Positions 7,784-16,681 of a stretch of 25,419 nt of DNA are shown here, piece after piece; position 1 is the stretch's first letter; the number at the start of each line of letters is the position of its first letter. The stretch lies in contig CBINHQ010000001.1 of assembly GCA_966250475.1 (NCBI GenBank), positions 1-25,419 of the forward strand, written 5' to 3'. The DNA comes from an uncultured Chitinophagaceae bacterium (GTDB lineage Bacteria > Bacteroidota > Bacteroidia > Chitinophagales > Chitinophagaceae). The position numbers and the translations under genes are program-made. The notes under the pieces were generated by a model. It was not told where the DNA came from. It worked only from the letters and a program-made list of their open reading frames with translations, and did not search any database.

Positions 7784-9337
7784 TCAGAGCTTGATCTCTT
7801 CGTCGTTTTGATCGAAGAATTTGTACTCGGTGAGGTGATAGTTCGTGTCTTCCGCGAGCCTGGTCTTCTGGCCAAACTTCTTATTCCATTTCGCGATCCT
7901 CGTATTCCAGGGCCAGCCCTTGGTGAGGTATGCGTACATGATCGGGTTGACGACGAGCCTGAGATTTTTATGCTTGTGCGTGATGAGGTAATTCAAATTC
8001 TTTTCGATCTCATCTTCCAAAAGAATGGTAGATGAAATCTTTCCGGTGCCGTGGCAGCTTGGGCAGATCTCCTGCGTGTTGATGTTCACCTCAGGCTTCA
8101 TGCGCTGGCGGGTAATCTGCATCAAACCGAATTTGGAGATTGGCAACACGGCGTGCTTTGCGCGGTCAGGGCTCATGAACTCTTCCATCTTCTCAACCAG
8201 CTTACGCTTGTTCTCCGGAAGTTTCATATCGATGAAGTCGGCCACGATGATGCCGCCGAGGTCGCGCAGGCGAAGTTGCCTTGCAATTTCCTCAGCCGCC
8301 TCGAGGTTTGTCTCCAGTGCGTTTTGTTCCTGATTATTGCTTACGCTCTTGTAGCCGCTGTTCACGTCGATCACGTGAAGCGCTTCGGTATGTTCGATGA
8401 TCAGGTATGCGCCGCTGTTGAGGTTGACTGTTTTTCCAAACGATGACTTCACCTGTTTGGTGATGCCGAATGAATCGAAGATGGGAGAACCGTTCTGATA
8501 AAATGAAACGATGTCGGCCTTCTCTGGCGCGATACGCTGAATGTAATTCTTTGTGTCGGTGAAGATGGTGCGGTCGTTGACAACGATCCGGTTGAAGTCC
8601 GCATTCAAAAGATCGCGCAGAATGCTTGTGGTCTTCGTTTGCTCGCTCAGGATCTTTGCCGGAGCAACTGCACCTTTCAGATTCTTTTGAATCGTCTTCC
8701 ACATTGCGACGAGCGCCGAAAGATCTTCGTGCAATTCTGCAGTATTCTTTCCTTCTGCCGCCGTACGCACGATCACTCCGAAATTCTTCGGCTTGATGGC
8801 TTCTACGATCTTTTGCAGGCGCTTCCTTTCCTCAGAAGAATGAATCTTCCTTGAAACGGCAACAATATTATTGAATGGGGTGATGACGACGAACCTGCCG
8901 GGCAATGAAATCTCACAACTCAGCCTCGGACCTTTTGCGGCGATGGGTTCTTTGAGAATTTGTACGAGGATGTGGGGCTTGCCACCGAGAACCTCGTTTA
9001 TTTTTCCTGTCTTGATGATTTCGGGTTCGATGGTGAATTTGCCGAAATCAATTCCGCTTTCACTTTTGTCGTTCATGCTCATGGCAGTGAACTTCAGGAG
9101 GGAGCGGGCGTAGGGACTTAAATCAGTATAATGTAGAAAGGCATCCTTCTCAAAGCCCACATCAACAAATGCGGCATTGAGACCGGGAATCAGCTTTTTG
9201 ACCTTACCAAGGTAGAGGTCACCAACGGCGAAGCGGGCATCGCTTTTCTCGCTATGCAACTCAACCAGCTTCCTGTTCTCCAACAAGGCGATTTCAACAC
9301 CCTGAGGCGCTGCATTAATAATAAGTTCTTTGTTCAT
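7784..9337 (-). CDS. Rne/Rng family ribonuclease (RNase E/G)
   Basis: 517 aa. S1 domain (GDLYLGKVKKLIPGLNAAFVDVG), IDVNSG, RLRDLGGIIVADFIDM, Zn-link CPSCHGTG. No long C-terminal scaffold, so RNase G-like. Confidence 0.95.
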   Translation of the reverse strand: MNKELIINAAPQGVEIALLENRKLVELHSEKSDARFAVGDLYLGKVKKLIPGLNAAFVDVGFEKDAFLHYTDLSPYARSLLKFTAMSMNDKSESGIDFGKFTIEPEIIKTGKINEVLGGKPHILVQILKEPIAAKGPRLSCEISLPGRFVVITPFNNIVAVSRKIHSSEERKRLQKIVEAIKPKNFGVIVRTAAEGKNTAELHEDLSALVAMWKTIQKNLKGAVAPAKILSEQTKTTSILRDLLNADFNRIVVNDRTIFTDTKNYIQRIAPEKADIVSFYQNGSPIFDSFGITKQVKSSFGKTVNLNSGAYLIIEHTEALHVIDVNSGYKSVSNNQEQNALETNLEAAEEIARQLRLRDLGGIIVADFIDMKLPENKRKLVEKMEEFMSPDRAKHAVLPISKFGLMQITRQRMKPEVNINTQEICPSCHGTGKISSTILLEDEIEKNLNYLITHKHKNLRLVVNPIMYAYLTKGWPWNTRIAKWNKKFGQKTRLAEDTNYHLTEYKFFDQNDEEIKL

Positions 9338-9472
9338 TACAGCTTACATAAATGATAAACCTTCGTGCTGTAAAAACTGGTTGCCGGTATACCGTACCTG
9401 TATGCGGGAGGGATAAAGTTGCAGCAGAAATTAGTGGGATGCAAACTTGTACGGCGGCGACCAGTCAAACTG

Positions 9473-9508
9473 AGTTTCTGTTCCCAGCCCCTTGCGGGAA
9501 CAGAAACT
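9473..9508 (-). other. Perfect 13-bp stem-loop between bS22 and rne/rng
   Basis: AGTTTCTGTTCCC-N10-GGGAACAGAAACT. It is not followed by a U-tract on the minus strand. Confidence 0.8.
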
Positions 9509-9523
9509 GCTTAAGAAATGGAA

Positions 9524-9619
9524 TTATTTGTTCCTCTTCTTATGACGGTTCTTTCTCAGTCTTTTTTTACGCTTATGCGTCGCAATCTTATGACGCTTTC
9601 TTTTCTTACCACAAGGCAT
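9524..9619 (-). CDS. 30S ribosomal protein bS22 (AURKAIP1/COX24/mS38-like), 31 aa
   Basis: Manual translation MPCGKKRKRHKIATHKRKKRLRKNRHKKRNK*. It matches, from recall, the Bacteroidota bS22 pattern MPxGKKRKRHK(V/I)ATHKRKKR. Below the ORF-track length cutoff. Confidence 0.9.
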   Translation of the reverse strand: MPCGKKRKRHKIATHKRKKRLRKNRHKKRNK

Positions 9620-9697
9620 ACTCAAATATTTTTTTAAACTTGTTTGTTATAATATGTTCAAAGCGAATGCGGCAGCAACGGCTGTCTTTGCCCCAGG

Positions 9698-10570
9698 CTA
9701 AAAACTCATTTTACTCAATTCCGAAATTCTCTTTTCAATTTCCATCCTGGCATCAATTCTTTGAATGTAGCGAAGGCTTTCCTTGTACATCAAGATTGCA
9801 TTCTCTTTGTCTTTTGTCCGTTCATACATGTCTGCGAGCATCAATATAGCTTCGAGGTGTGAGGGGTCGGTCTTTAATACGTTCTTCAATCTTTCGATTG
9901 CCTTATCATATTGGCCGGACACGATTGAACCTCTTGCGAGCATCATTTGCGCATAGGCATTCGTGCTGTCCTTCTCTACCACCTCTCTAATCATGGCAAT
10001 GCCTTCCATTGGGTTGTCGGAGATATTACCGAAGAGGTAAACTCCGCCAAGGCCGACCTTTGCCGAATCATTTCCAGGATTTAATTTCAAAGACCTCTCA
10101 AACAGATCCCTTGCCTGAGTCGCTCCCCATCTCCGAAGGTCCGGGTTTGGCTCCTGTTGCAGGTTATCTAAAAATAAGCGGGCAGCAAAGGTGAGGGATT
10201 TTTCGGAATTTTCCAATCTTGCTGCCTCGGCCTCGTACCAGGCATAGGGCAGAAAAATGCGGGCAGTATCGCTCCAGAAATGGGCGAGGTCGTGGTAGAC
10301 CTTCATCCGCTGCTCCGGGTTGTTGGTTTCTGACAGCGATGACTCGAGAGCCGTAACCCGCGTAAGAAGTTCAGGCTTAATCTGCCGCCTCGCCATACTC
10401 AGGATGGTATCGGTCGACATCACGCTCACTACGGAATGGTCATGACCATCATTTTCATGATGCTCCTCCGCTGAAGCCAGGGTTTTGTTTGGGGAAGTTT
10501 TTCCGAAAAAATAAATAATCGCGACAAGTACAACTGCCACGCCTACCGTTAGCCACTGGGGTTTCTTCAC
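9698..10570 (-). CDS. Tetratricopeptide repeat protein with N-terminal membrane anchor
   Basis: Likely GTG start at 10570 (VKKPQWLTVGVAVVLVAIIYFFG); the track's TTG at 10591 overlaps the promoter box. His-rich EEHHENDGHDHS segment and TPR-like helices. Confidence 0.8.
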   Translation of the reverse strand: MKKPQWLTVGVAVVLVAIIYFFGKTSPNKTLASAEEHHENDGHDHSVVSVMSTDTILSMARRQIKPELLTRVTALESSLSETNNPEQRMKVYHDLAHFWSDTARIFLPYAWYEAEAARLENSEKSLTFAARLFLDNLQQEPNPDLRRWGATQARDLFERSLKLNPGNDSAKVGLGGVYLFGNISDNPMEGIAMIREVVEKDSTNAYAQMMLARGSIVSGQYDKAIERLKNVLKTDPSHLEAILMLADMYERTKDKENAILMYKESLRYIQRIDARMEIEKRISELSKMSF

Positions 10571-10588
10571 TTGTTGTTTTTTGGAAGG

Positions 10589-10596
10589 CAAAGGTA
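10589..10596 (-). promoter_or_regulatory. -7 promoter box TACCTTTG for the TPR-bS22-rne/rng unit
   Basis: Exact TAnnTTTG, 18 nt upstream of the GTG. Confidence 0.7.
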
Positions 10597-10603
10597 CGAA
10601 GAA

Positions 10604-10666
10604 GTTGACCGATTACCGTTGACCGATTACCGTTGGCGGTTAACTGCCAACGGTCCACTATCAACT
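10604..10666. repeat. 7-bp-period tandem array (9 units) with an internal 26-bp palindrome
   Basis: GTTGACC GATTACC GTTGACC GATTACC GTTGGCG GTTAACT GCCAACG GTCCACT ATCAACT. 10629-10654 is self-complementary with one mismatch. The array abuts the HU stop. Confidence 0.9.
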
Positions 10667-10985
10667 AATCCGCGTCCTCCCCCGGCCCCGCATCAGGTTT
10701 AACTTCCTTCAGCTTCTTTACTTCAGCCACGAATTCTTTGGCAGGTTTAAAGGCAGGAATATAATGTTCCGGAATATGAACGGCTATGTTTTTCTTGATG
10801 TTACGGCCGATTTTGGCGGCTCTCTTCTTGGTAATAAAACTTCCGAAGCCGCGGATATAAATATTCTCTCCGGCGGCCAGCGTATCCTTTACCTCTTTGA
10901 ACATGGTTTCGAGTGTAACGAGTACATCCACCTTGGGAATTCCAGTCTTTTCAGATATCTGGTTGACGAGATCGGCTTTTCTCAT
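10665..10985 (-). CDS. HU/IHF family DNA-binding protein
   Basis: Likely start MRKADLVNQISEKTG at 10985 (106 aa). Motifs IRGFGSF, GRNIKK and PAFKPAK. Confidence 0.93.
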   Translation of the reverse strand: MRKADLVNQISEKTGIPKVDVLVTLETMFKEVKDTLAAGENIYIRGFGSFITKKRAAKIGRNIKKNIAVHIPEHYIPAFKPAKEFVAEVKKLKEVKPDAGPGEDAD

Positions 10986-11122
10986 TTTTGCAGGTTTAAG
11001 AATTTTCACACCAATTTATGATAAAATAAAGTGATTGTCAACATTATATGAAACTTTTTTCTGGAACAATGGATGGATTTTTCCCGGAATAGCGGATATT
11101 TAAGCGTTTTTCGGGACGTAAA

Positions 11123-12205
11123 ATGACCATTTCAGCCGCTCAAAAGACCAAATTTGTCAATTTTCTCCTCGACTGGAACCGGAGGATTAACGACCGGCCC
11201 ATGCCCTGGAAGGGAGAAAAAGATCCTTATCGCATCTGGCTCAGCGAGATAATTCTTCAGCAGACCAGGGTTGAACAGGGCCTGAATTACTACAATCGCT
11301 TCATCAAGACTTATCCCAATATCCATTCCCTCGCCGCGGTGGAGGACAATCAGGTGTTTAAATTATGGGAAGGCCTGGGTTATTATTCGCGTTGCCGGAA
11401 TCTGTTGCATACTGCACGATACATTTCATCAGAACGTAATGGAGAATTTCCCCAAACCTTTAAGGAGATCGTGAAACTAAAAGGCGTGGGTCCCTACACG
11501 GCTGCAGCGATTGCATCCTTCGCGTTCAACCTTCCTCATGCTGTGGTGGATGGCAACGTGTATCGCGTTTTGGCAAGAGCATTTGGTGTGAGTACGGCAA
11601 TGGATACAACGAATGGCAAGAAGGAATTCACATCTCTTGCCAATGAAATTCTTCCAAAGACAGAACCCGGCGTTTACAATCAGGCGATCATGGACTTCGG
11701 CGCTACGGTCTGCAAGCCATCACCAGAATGTTCAGCCTGTGGTTTCAGAGAGAATTGTGTTGCATTCAGGAATGATCAAATCGACCAACTCCCTGTGAAG
11801 ACAAAGAAGGTTTCAATAAAAAAGCGATGGTTCTACTATATGGTAATGGAACATGAAGGAAACATCGCGATCAGGCAGCGGGTGGGAAAGGACATCTGGA
11901 ATCAGCTTTTCGAATATCCAATGATTGAAGCCTCGCAGGAATTGCAGGAGCAGGATGTCATCGCACTGGCAAAGGATAAAGGATTTTTGACCCAGGAGTA
12001 TTTCAACAGTATGGGAATATCCCTTGTTCACAAGCAACAACTTTCGCATCAACTGATTCATGGAAGATTTCTTCGGATAATCCTTAAGAAAAAGCCAAAA
12101 AATTCAAACGACTGGAAATGGATTCCGGCAACCGGATTGAAGGAATACGCGTTTCCAAAGATCATAACTACATATCACAGCGAGTCCCAGACATCCAACC
12201 CTTAA
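11123..12205 (+). CDS. mutY: A/G-specific adenine glycosylase
   Basis: 360 aa. WLSEIILQQTRV, WEGLGYYSRCRNL, HhH LKGVGPYTA, VVDGNVYRV, Fe-S Cys cluster and a NUDIX-like C-terminal domain. Confidence 0.96.
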   Translation: MTISAAQKTKFVNFLLDWNRRINDRPMPWKGEKDPYRIWLSEIILQQTRVEQGLNYYNRFIKTYPNIHSLAAVEDNQVFKLWEGLGYYSRCRNLLHTARYISSERNGEFPQTFKEIVKLKGVGPYTAAAIASFAFNLPHAVVDGNVYRVLARAFGVSTAMDTTNGKKEFTSLANEILPKTEPGVYNQAIMDFGATVCKPSPECSACGFRENCVAFRNDQIDQLPVKTKKVSIKKRWFYYMVMEHEGNIAIRQRVGKDIWNQLFEYPMIEASQELQEQDVIALAKDKGFLTQEYFNSMGISLVHKQQLSHQLIHGRFLRIILKKKPKNSNDWKWIPATGLKEYAFPKIITTYHSESQTSNP

Positions 12206-12228
12206 ACCCTTAAACCTTTAAACCTAAA
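12188..12228 (+). repeat. AACCYTWA octamer array (4 units, 12197-12228) spanning the mutY stop
   Basis: AACCCTTA AACCCTTA AACCTTTA AACCTAAA. 12188-12215 is 24/28 identical to 17282-17309. Confidence 0.8.
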
Positions 12229-12342
12229 AGAATCCTACCCGCCAAAACATCTATATCTTTTTTTATTCCGCTTAAAAAAATATAATTTTAAGTAGCCTTC
12301 GAAGCCTGTAGAGGATTAATTAATCAGAAAAAGAAAAAGCGT

Positions 12343-12765
12343 ATGAGAGGCGTAAACAGAGTAATGCTCATTGGCAATCTCGGAAAGGATCCAGACGTTC
12401 AATTTCTCGAAGGAAACATCGCCGTGGCCAAGTTCCCACTAGCTACCACAGAAACATTTAAAGACAGGTCAGGCAAATTAGTTTCACAAACGGAATGGCA
12501 TACGGTAGTGTTGTGGCGTGGTCTCGCGGAACTTGCCCAGAAATATCTTCATAAGAGCAGCCTGGTTTACATTGAAGGAAGGCTTCGCACAAGAAGCTGG
12601 GAAGACAAGGAAGGTAACAGGAAGTTCGCAACGGAAGTGGTTGGCGATAATCTGATCATGCTCGATAAGCGTATGGATTCAGGTGGCAGCCAGTCTGATC
12701 TTTCGGAAGGTCACGGTCCGGCAGAGCCACCAATCGGGGATCCTTCGGAGAACATGCCGTTTTAA
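12343..12765 (+). CDS. ssb: Single-stranded DNA-binding protein
   Basis: 140 aa. VNRVMLIGNLGKDP, TEWHTVVLW, YIEGRLRTRSW and an acidic tail ending MPF. Confidence 0.96.
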   Translation: MRGVNRVMLIGNLGKDPDVQFLEGNIAVAKFPLATTETFKDRSGKLVSQTEWHTVVLWRGLAELAQKYLHKSSLVYIEGRLRTRSWEDKEGNRKFATEVVGDNLIMLDKRMDSGGSQSDLSEGHGPAEPPIGDPSENMPF

Positions 12766-12800
12766 AAACATCAGCAAATTGACCAGTTATTTAATTGCAA

Positions 12801-12808
12801 TACCTTTG
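12801..12808 (+). promoter_or_regulatory. -7 promoter box TACCTTTG for gldE-gldD
   Basis: Exact TAnnTTTG, 22 nt before the TTG start at 12831. Confidence 0.7.
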
Positions 12809-12830
12809 ACCGGCAACAAAACAATTTGAG

Positions 12831-14162
12831 TTGGAGAGTCATTCGGTAATCCATCTTTTTGCAAACAAGTTTTCCTTTATCCTGCTGGATATAAACCTGG
12901 AAGGCACCACTTTGCTGGTCGTCTTGCTCCTGGTTCTTCTGCTTCTCGCTTTTACAATTTCGGGCGCCGAGGTGGCCCTGTTTTCACTAAGCAACAAGGA
13001 TATCAATGTGCTGAAGACAAAGCAGCACACCGCCGCTCGTCGCATAGTTGGATTGCTCGAAGAATCGAAGGCAGTTTACGCCTCGCTGCTGATAGCAAGT
13101 ACCTTCATCAGCATTTGCATCGCGATACTATCGAATTATCTTATCGATCAGTTCGTCAGCTTTGGAAACATTCCGTTCGGCATCACTATGCTCATAAAAG
13201 TACTGGTGATCGCCTTCGTGTTATTATGCGTTTTCGAGGTACTTCCAAAGATCTGGGCCACGCAAAATAATCTTCGCTTCGCCTATGGCTGCTCTTACAC
13301 GGTTGAACTCGTGCACCTCGCACTGAGGCGCATCAGCAAATGGATGGTCACGCTGGCAGACAACATCGGAAAGAGAATGGGCACCAACAAATCTGAGGCA
13401 CTAAGCATCCGCGAGCTCGATGAAGCGATCGACATAAAGACCGACGAAGAGGCATCGCCGGAGGAAAAGAGCATAATGAAAGGAATTGTGAAGTTTGGCA
13501 ACATTTCCGTGAGACAGGTTATGAGAAGCCGACTCGATGTGAGTGGTATCGAACTGAAAACATCATTCAGCGAACTGGTGAGAAAGATCGAAGAGCTTCA
13601 CTATTCGCGTCTACCAGTTTACAGCGAATCGCTCGACAACATCGCAGGCATCATCAACACGAAAGACATCATTCCTCATCTTTCTGAAAGCGATAGTTTC
13701 GACTGGCGACCCCTGATGCGTCAGCCTTATTTCGTACCTGAATCGAGGCTGATCGAAGACCTGTTGAGAGACTTCCAAACGAGAAGAATACATTTCGCTA
13801 TTGTGGTTGATGAATTCGGCGGAACCAGCGGCATTGTCACCATGGAAGACATAATGGAAGAAGTGATCGGTGAAATACGTGACGAGTTCGACGAAGAAGA
13901 ATCAGGCAACAGGAAGATCGACGAACACAGTTACATCTTCGAAGGCAAGACGATGATACACGACCTTTGTAAGATGATGGAAATACCGATGGACACCTTC
14001 GACAAAGTGAGAGGAGAAAGCGAATCCATCGGAGGGCTTGTGCTCGAACTGGCGGGAGAGTTTCCGCAGACAAACACTGAAATAAAGAGCGGCGATTTCA
14101 CGTTTACAGTACTCGAAACGGAAAACAACAGGATCAAACTAATTAAAGTAACATCTCATTAG
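12831..14162 (+). CDS. gldE: Gliding motility-associated protein GldE (CNNM/CBS/CorC domains)
   Basis: 443 aa. N-terminal TMs with [13 protein letters not shown] pair ([38 protein letters not shown]) and a CorC C-terminus. Directly upstream of gldD. Confidence 0.88.
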   Translation: MESHSVIHLFANKFSFILLDINLEGTTLLVVLLLVLLLLAFTISGAEVALFSLSNKDINVLKTKQHTAARRIVGLLEESKAVYASLLIASTFISICIAILSNYLIDQFVSFGNIPFGITMLIKVLVIAFVLLCVFEVLPKIWATQNNLRFAYGCSYTVELVHLALRRISKWMVTLADNIGKRMGTNKSEALSIRELDEAIDIKTDEEASPEEKSIMKGIVKFGNISVRQVMRSRLDVSGIELKTSFSELVRKIEELHYSRLPVYSESLDNIAGIINTKDIIPHLSESDSFDWRPLMRQPYFVPESRLIEDLLRDFQTRRIHFAIVVDEFGGTSGIVTMEDIMEEVIGEIRDEFDEEESGNRKIDEHSYIFEGKTMIHDLCKMMEIPMDTFDKVRGESESIGGLVLELAGEFPQTNTEIKSGDFTFTVLETENNRIKLIKVTSH

Positions 14163-14172
14163 AAGTAACCTC

Positions 14173-14778
14173 ATGACGAACCGATTGAATTTCGCATTGC
14201 TTATCATCTTCGCGCTCACGATTGCCGCGTGCAACAGCGACTATCATCCTGAGACTAAGAAGAAAGGTTACTTCCGCATAGACTTCCCCGAGAAAGAATA
14301 CGCGAAGTTCGATCAGGCAGGATTCCCTTACACATTTGAATATCCTGTCTACGCGCAGATCGTCCGCGACACAACCTTCTTCGGCGAAACCACAGAGAAT
14401 CCCTGGTGGATCAATGTTAACATCCCTCAGTTTGAAGGTAAAATTCACGTAAGCTACAAAGAGATTAAAAGTAAACGTCAACTCGATTCACTTGTTAATG
14501 ATGCCTTTCAAATGGCATACAAGCAACATACTGAAGTCTCGACAGGAATTGAAGACAGCCTCATGACTACACCGAAGGGTGTCGAGGGAATTTATTATTC
14601 GCTTAGAGGAAATACAGCGACCGCGAATCAATTCTTCCTTACCGATTCCACAAATCATTTCCTCAGGGGAGCGCTCTACTTCAACGCTACTCCGAATGAA
14701 GACTCTCTTGGCATAGTCAACGAATTTCTCAAGGAAGACCTCAGGCACCTGATCAATACGCTTGAGTGGAAACAATAA
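14173..14778 (+). CDS. gldD: Gliding motility lipoprotein GldD
   Basis: 201 aa. Lipobox IAAC, GYFRIDFP, PYTFEYP, QFFLTDSTNHFLRGALYF. Confidence 0.92.
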   Translation: MTNRLNFALLIIFALTIAACNSDYHPETKKKGYFRIDFPEKEYAKFDQAGFPYTFEYPVYAQIVRDTTFFGETTENPWWINVNIPQFEGKIHVSYKEIKSKRQLDSLVNDAFQMAYKQHTEVSTGIEDSLMTTPKGVEGIYYSLRGNTATANQFFLTDSTNHFLRGALYFNATPNEDSLGIVNEFLKEDLRHLINTLEWKQ

Positions 14779-14823
14779 GCCGGATCACTCGTAATAAACG
14801 CAGCAACTCATTAAAGATTTACG

Positions 14824-14856
14824 GATTTCTTACCTAAATTGTATTCATAAGAAATC
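14824..14856. promoter_or_regulatory. 9-bp perfect inverted repeat (possible operator or 5'UTR hairpin)
   Basis: GATTTCTTA-N15-TAAGAAATC, ending 3 nt before the ATG at 14860. Confidence 0.4.
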
Positions 14857-14859
14857 ACC

Positions 14860-16662
14860 ATGAGAAAATTGCCAATCCTTCTGGCACTCCTGGCGCTTAC
14901 CTCTGTTTCCATAGCGCAGGAGGCGCAGATGCTTGACTCCATGAAGCTCGAGTTGCAAGCCGCAAAGACCAGCGCCGAAAGAGTCAATCTGCTCGACATC
15001 ATGTCCCGCACAATGATGAATATAAATCTCGAGCAGGCGGAGGAATATGGCAAGAAACTTATCCAGGAGGCGGAAGAGTCACGCGACAGGCTGCTCATGT
15101 TCACTGCTTATATCTCAAACGGTGTGAGATGCAGTTATTACTCAGGAGTTGGCGATTACCTGAAGCGATCTATTGAATACTATGAGAAGGCATTAACAAT
15201 CGCAAAGGAAAACAGGATGGAGCAGCAGGTAGGTGAAGCGTACATGAAGCTTTCACAGATCCATCTCGTCATCCCCGACAGGGAGAAGGCGCTGAAGTAT
15301 TGCAACCAGGCATTCTCCATCATTACCAATCTCAAACACGACAGCCTGCAGGCGCAGGCGCATAATCTGTATGGGGATGTATACCTCAGCAGCAATGAAA
15401 ACATTCTCTCCCTCCGCCATTACTTCACAGCGATGAGGATTGCGGAGACAACGAAGTTGCCTACGCTACTCAGGAGCTGCTACATGAATCTTTCCGAGTT
15501 CTATGCGCGCATCGCCGACTTTGATAAATCACTCGACTATGCCATGAAGGCGCATCACCAGCTTGATAAGATCCAGGATAAACGCGTAGCATACATGAGG
15601 GTGACGGACGTGAACAAGATTGGAAATCTCTATGCCGCGAAGAAGAATCATGATCTTGCCATTTCGTATTTCGAGCGATCGGTGTCCATGGCTGATTCAC
15701 TTAAGTATACCTCGCTAAAGGTTCCGGGTTACATCAGCCTGCTCAATCAATACTTAAGAATGGAGCAACCCGCGAGAGCTCTGGAATACTTCAATTCACC
15801 CCGCGGTAAAGAATTGCGCGATCATCTAAACGGCTTTGGATTTACGGGCGTCACCGATCAGGCCTATGCAGTAATCTACACCGGATTGAATAACCTCGAT
15901 TCGGCAAAGTATTATTTCGAGAGAGCAATGCCTTATTTTGAAAAAAATGTGAACAACAGTTTCAGGCTTGGGTTCTATTCACAACTAGCCACGTATTACA
16001 AGATGGCTGGTGAAACTTCAAAGGCGATTGAATATTTTCTGAAGGAGAAGGAATTGGCAGAGACAATGGGCGTGCTCGAAAATGCAGAAATGGCGGTGCG
16101 TAACCTGGATACTCTACACAGGAAGAAAGGAGACTTCATGATGGCAAGCCAGTTCAATGCAATTCATTATCAATACAAGGATAGCATTGAAACATTAAAC
16201 AAAGAAAAAGAACTCACCCAGATAGAAGCAGATGAGGAGAGTTACAGGCAGCAACGGCTACAAGAGGAAGAAGCGGAGAAGAAGAGAAGAAAGAACAATA
16301 TCCAATACATGGCAATCACCATTGGCATCGCTGCCTTGTTCGTATTCCTGGTGGTGCTCGGTATGTTCAGGGTATCTGCGAACACGATCAGGCTGGTAGG
16401 ATTCTTCGCCTTCCTGATGTGTTTCGAGTTTATCTTCCTCATCTTTAAGAAAAACATAAATGCGATCACTCAAGGCGAGCCATGGAAGGACCTTGCGTTC
16501 ATGATCGCGCTCGCTGCTGTGCTTCTGCCTCTCCATCACTGGCTTGAACACAGGGTGATAAAATACCTGACCTCGCACAACAGGCTTACCGGAAGCGGAA
16601 AGACGCTCCTGTCCAAAGTTTTTGTATCGAGGAAATCGAACAGGGACAAAACGAAGGTGTAA
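14860..16662 (+). CDS. Secreted TPR-repeat protein with C-terminal coiled coil and three TM helices (function unknown)
   Basis: 600 aa. Signal peptide, about 450 aa of TPR-like helices, an E/Q/K/R-rich coil, three hydrophobic segments and a short basic tail. Confidence 0.8.
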   Translation: MRKLPILLALLALTSVSIAQEAQMLDSMKLELQAAKTSAERVNLLDIMSRTMMNINLEQAEEYGKKLIQEAEESRDRLLMFTAYISNGVRCSYYSGVGDYLKRSIEYYEKALTIAKENRMEQQVGEAYMKLSQIHLVIPDREKALKYCNQAFSIITNLKHDSLQAQAHNLYGDVYLSSNENILSLRHYFTAMRIAETTKLPTLLRSCYMNLSEFYARIADFDKSLDYAMKAHHQLDKIQDKRVAYMRVTDVNKIGNLYAAKKNHDLAISYFERSVSMADSLKYTSLKVPGYISLLNQYLRMEQPARALEYFNSPRGKELRDHLNGFGFTGVTDQAYAVIYTGLNNLDSAKYYFERAMPYFEKNVNNSFRLGFYSQLATYYKMAGETSKAIEYFLKEKELAETMGVLENAEMAVRNLDTLHRKKGDFMMASQFNAIHYQYKDSIETLNKEKELTQIEADEESYRQQRLQEEEAEKKRRKNNIQYMAITIGIAALFVFLVVLGMFRVSANTIRLVGFFAFLMCFEFIFLIFKKNINAITQGEPWKDLAFMIALAAVLLPLHHWLEHRVIKYLTSHNRLTGSGKTLLSKVFVSRKSNRDKTKV

Positions 16663-16667
16663 CTTTG
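16660..16667 (+). promoter_or_regulatory. -7 promoter box TAACTTTG overlapping the upstream stop codon
   Basis: Exact TAnnTTTG, 14 nt before the GTG at 16682. Confidence 0.65.
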
Positions 16668-16681
16668 CCGAAAACGGACAC

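Noticed and set aside
9352-9849. 165-aa plus-strand ORF
   Set aside because: It is antisense to bS22 and the TPR gene, which explain the region better.
11010-11122. SOS boxes of the reported Bacteroidota GGA-N5-TCC type upstream of mutY, radA, ssb or comEC
   Set aside because: By eye I found only near-misses (GGA-N4-TCC at 11075; GGA-N5-TTC near 1187) and no exact site.
12271-12292. CTTAAAA-N8-TTTTAAG inverted repeat over the possible ssb -7 box
   Set aside because: A 7-bp, almost all A/T repeat in an AT-rich spacer is expected by chance.
16585-16605. TGSGKT in the TPR-TM protein tail as a Walker A motif
   Set aside because: It lies about 20 aa from the C-terminus with no beta-strand or NTPase domain around it; coincidental.
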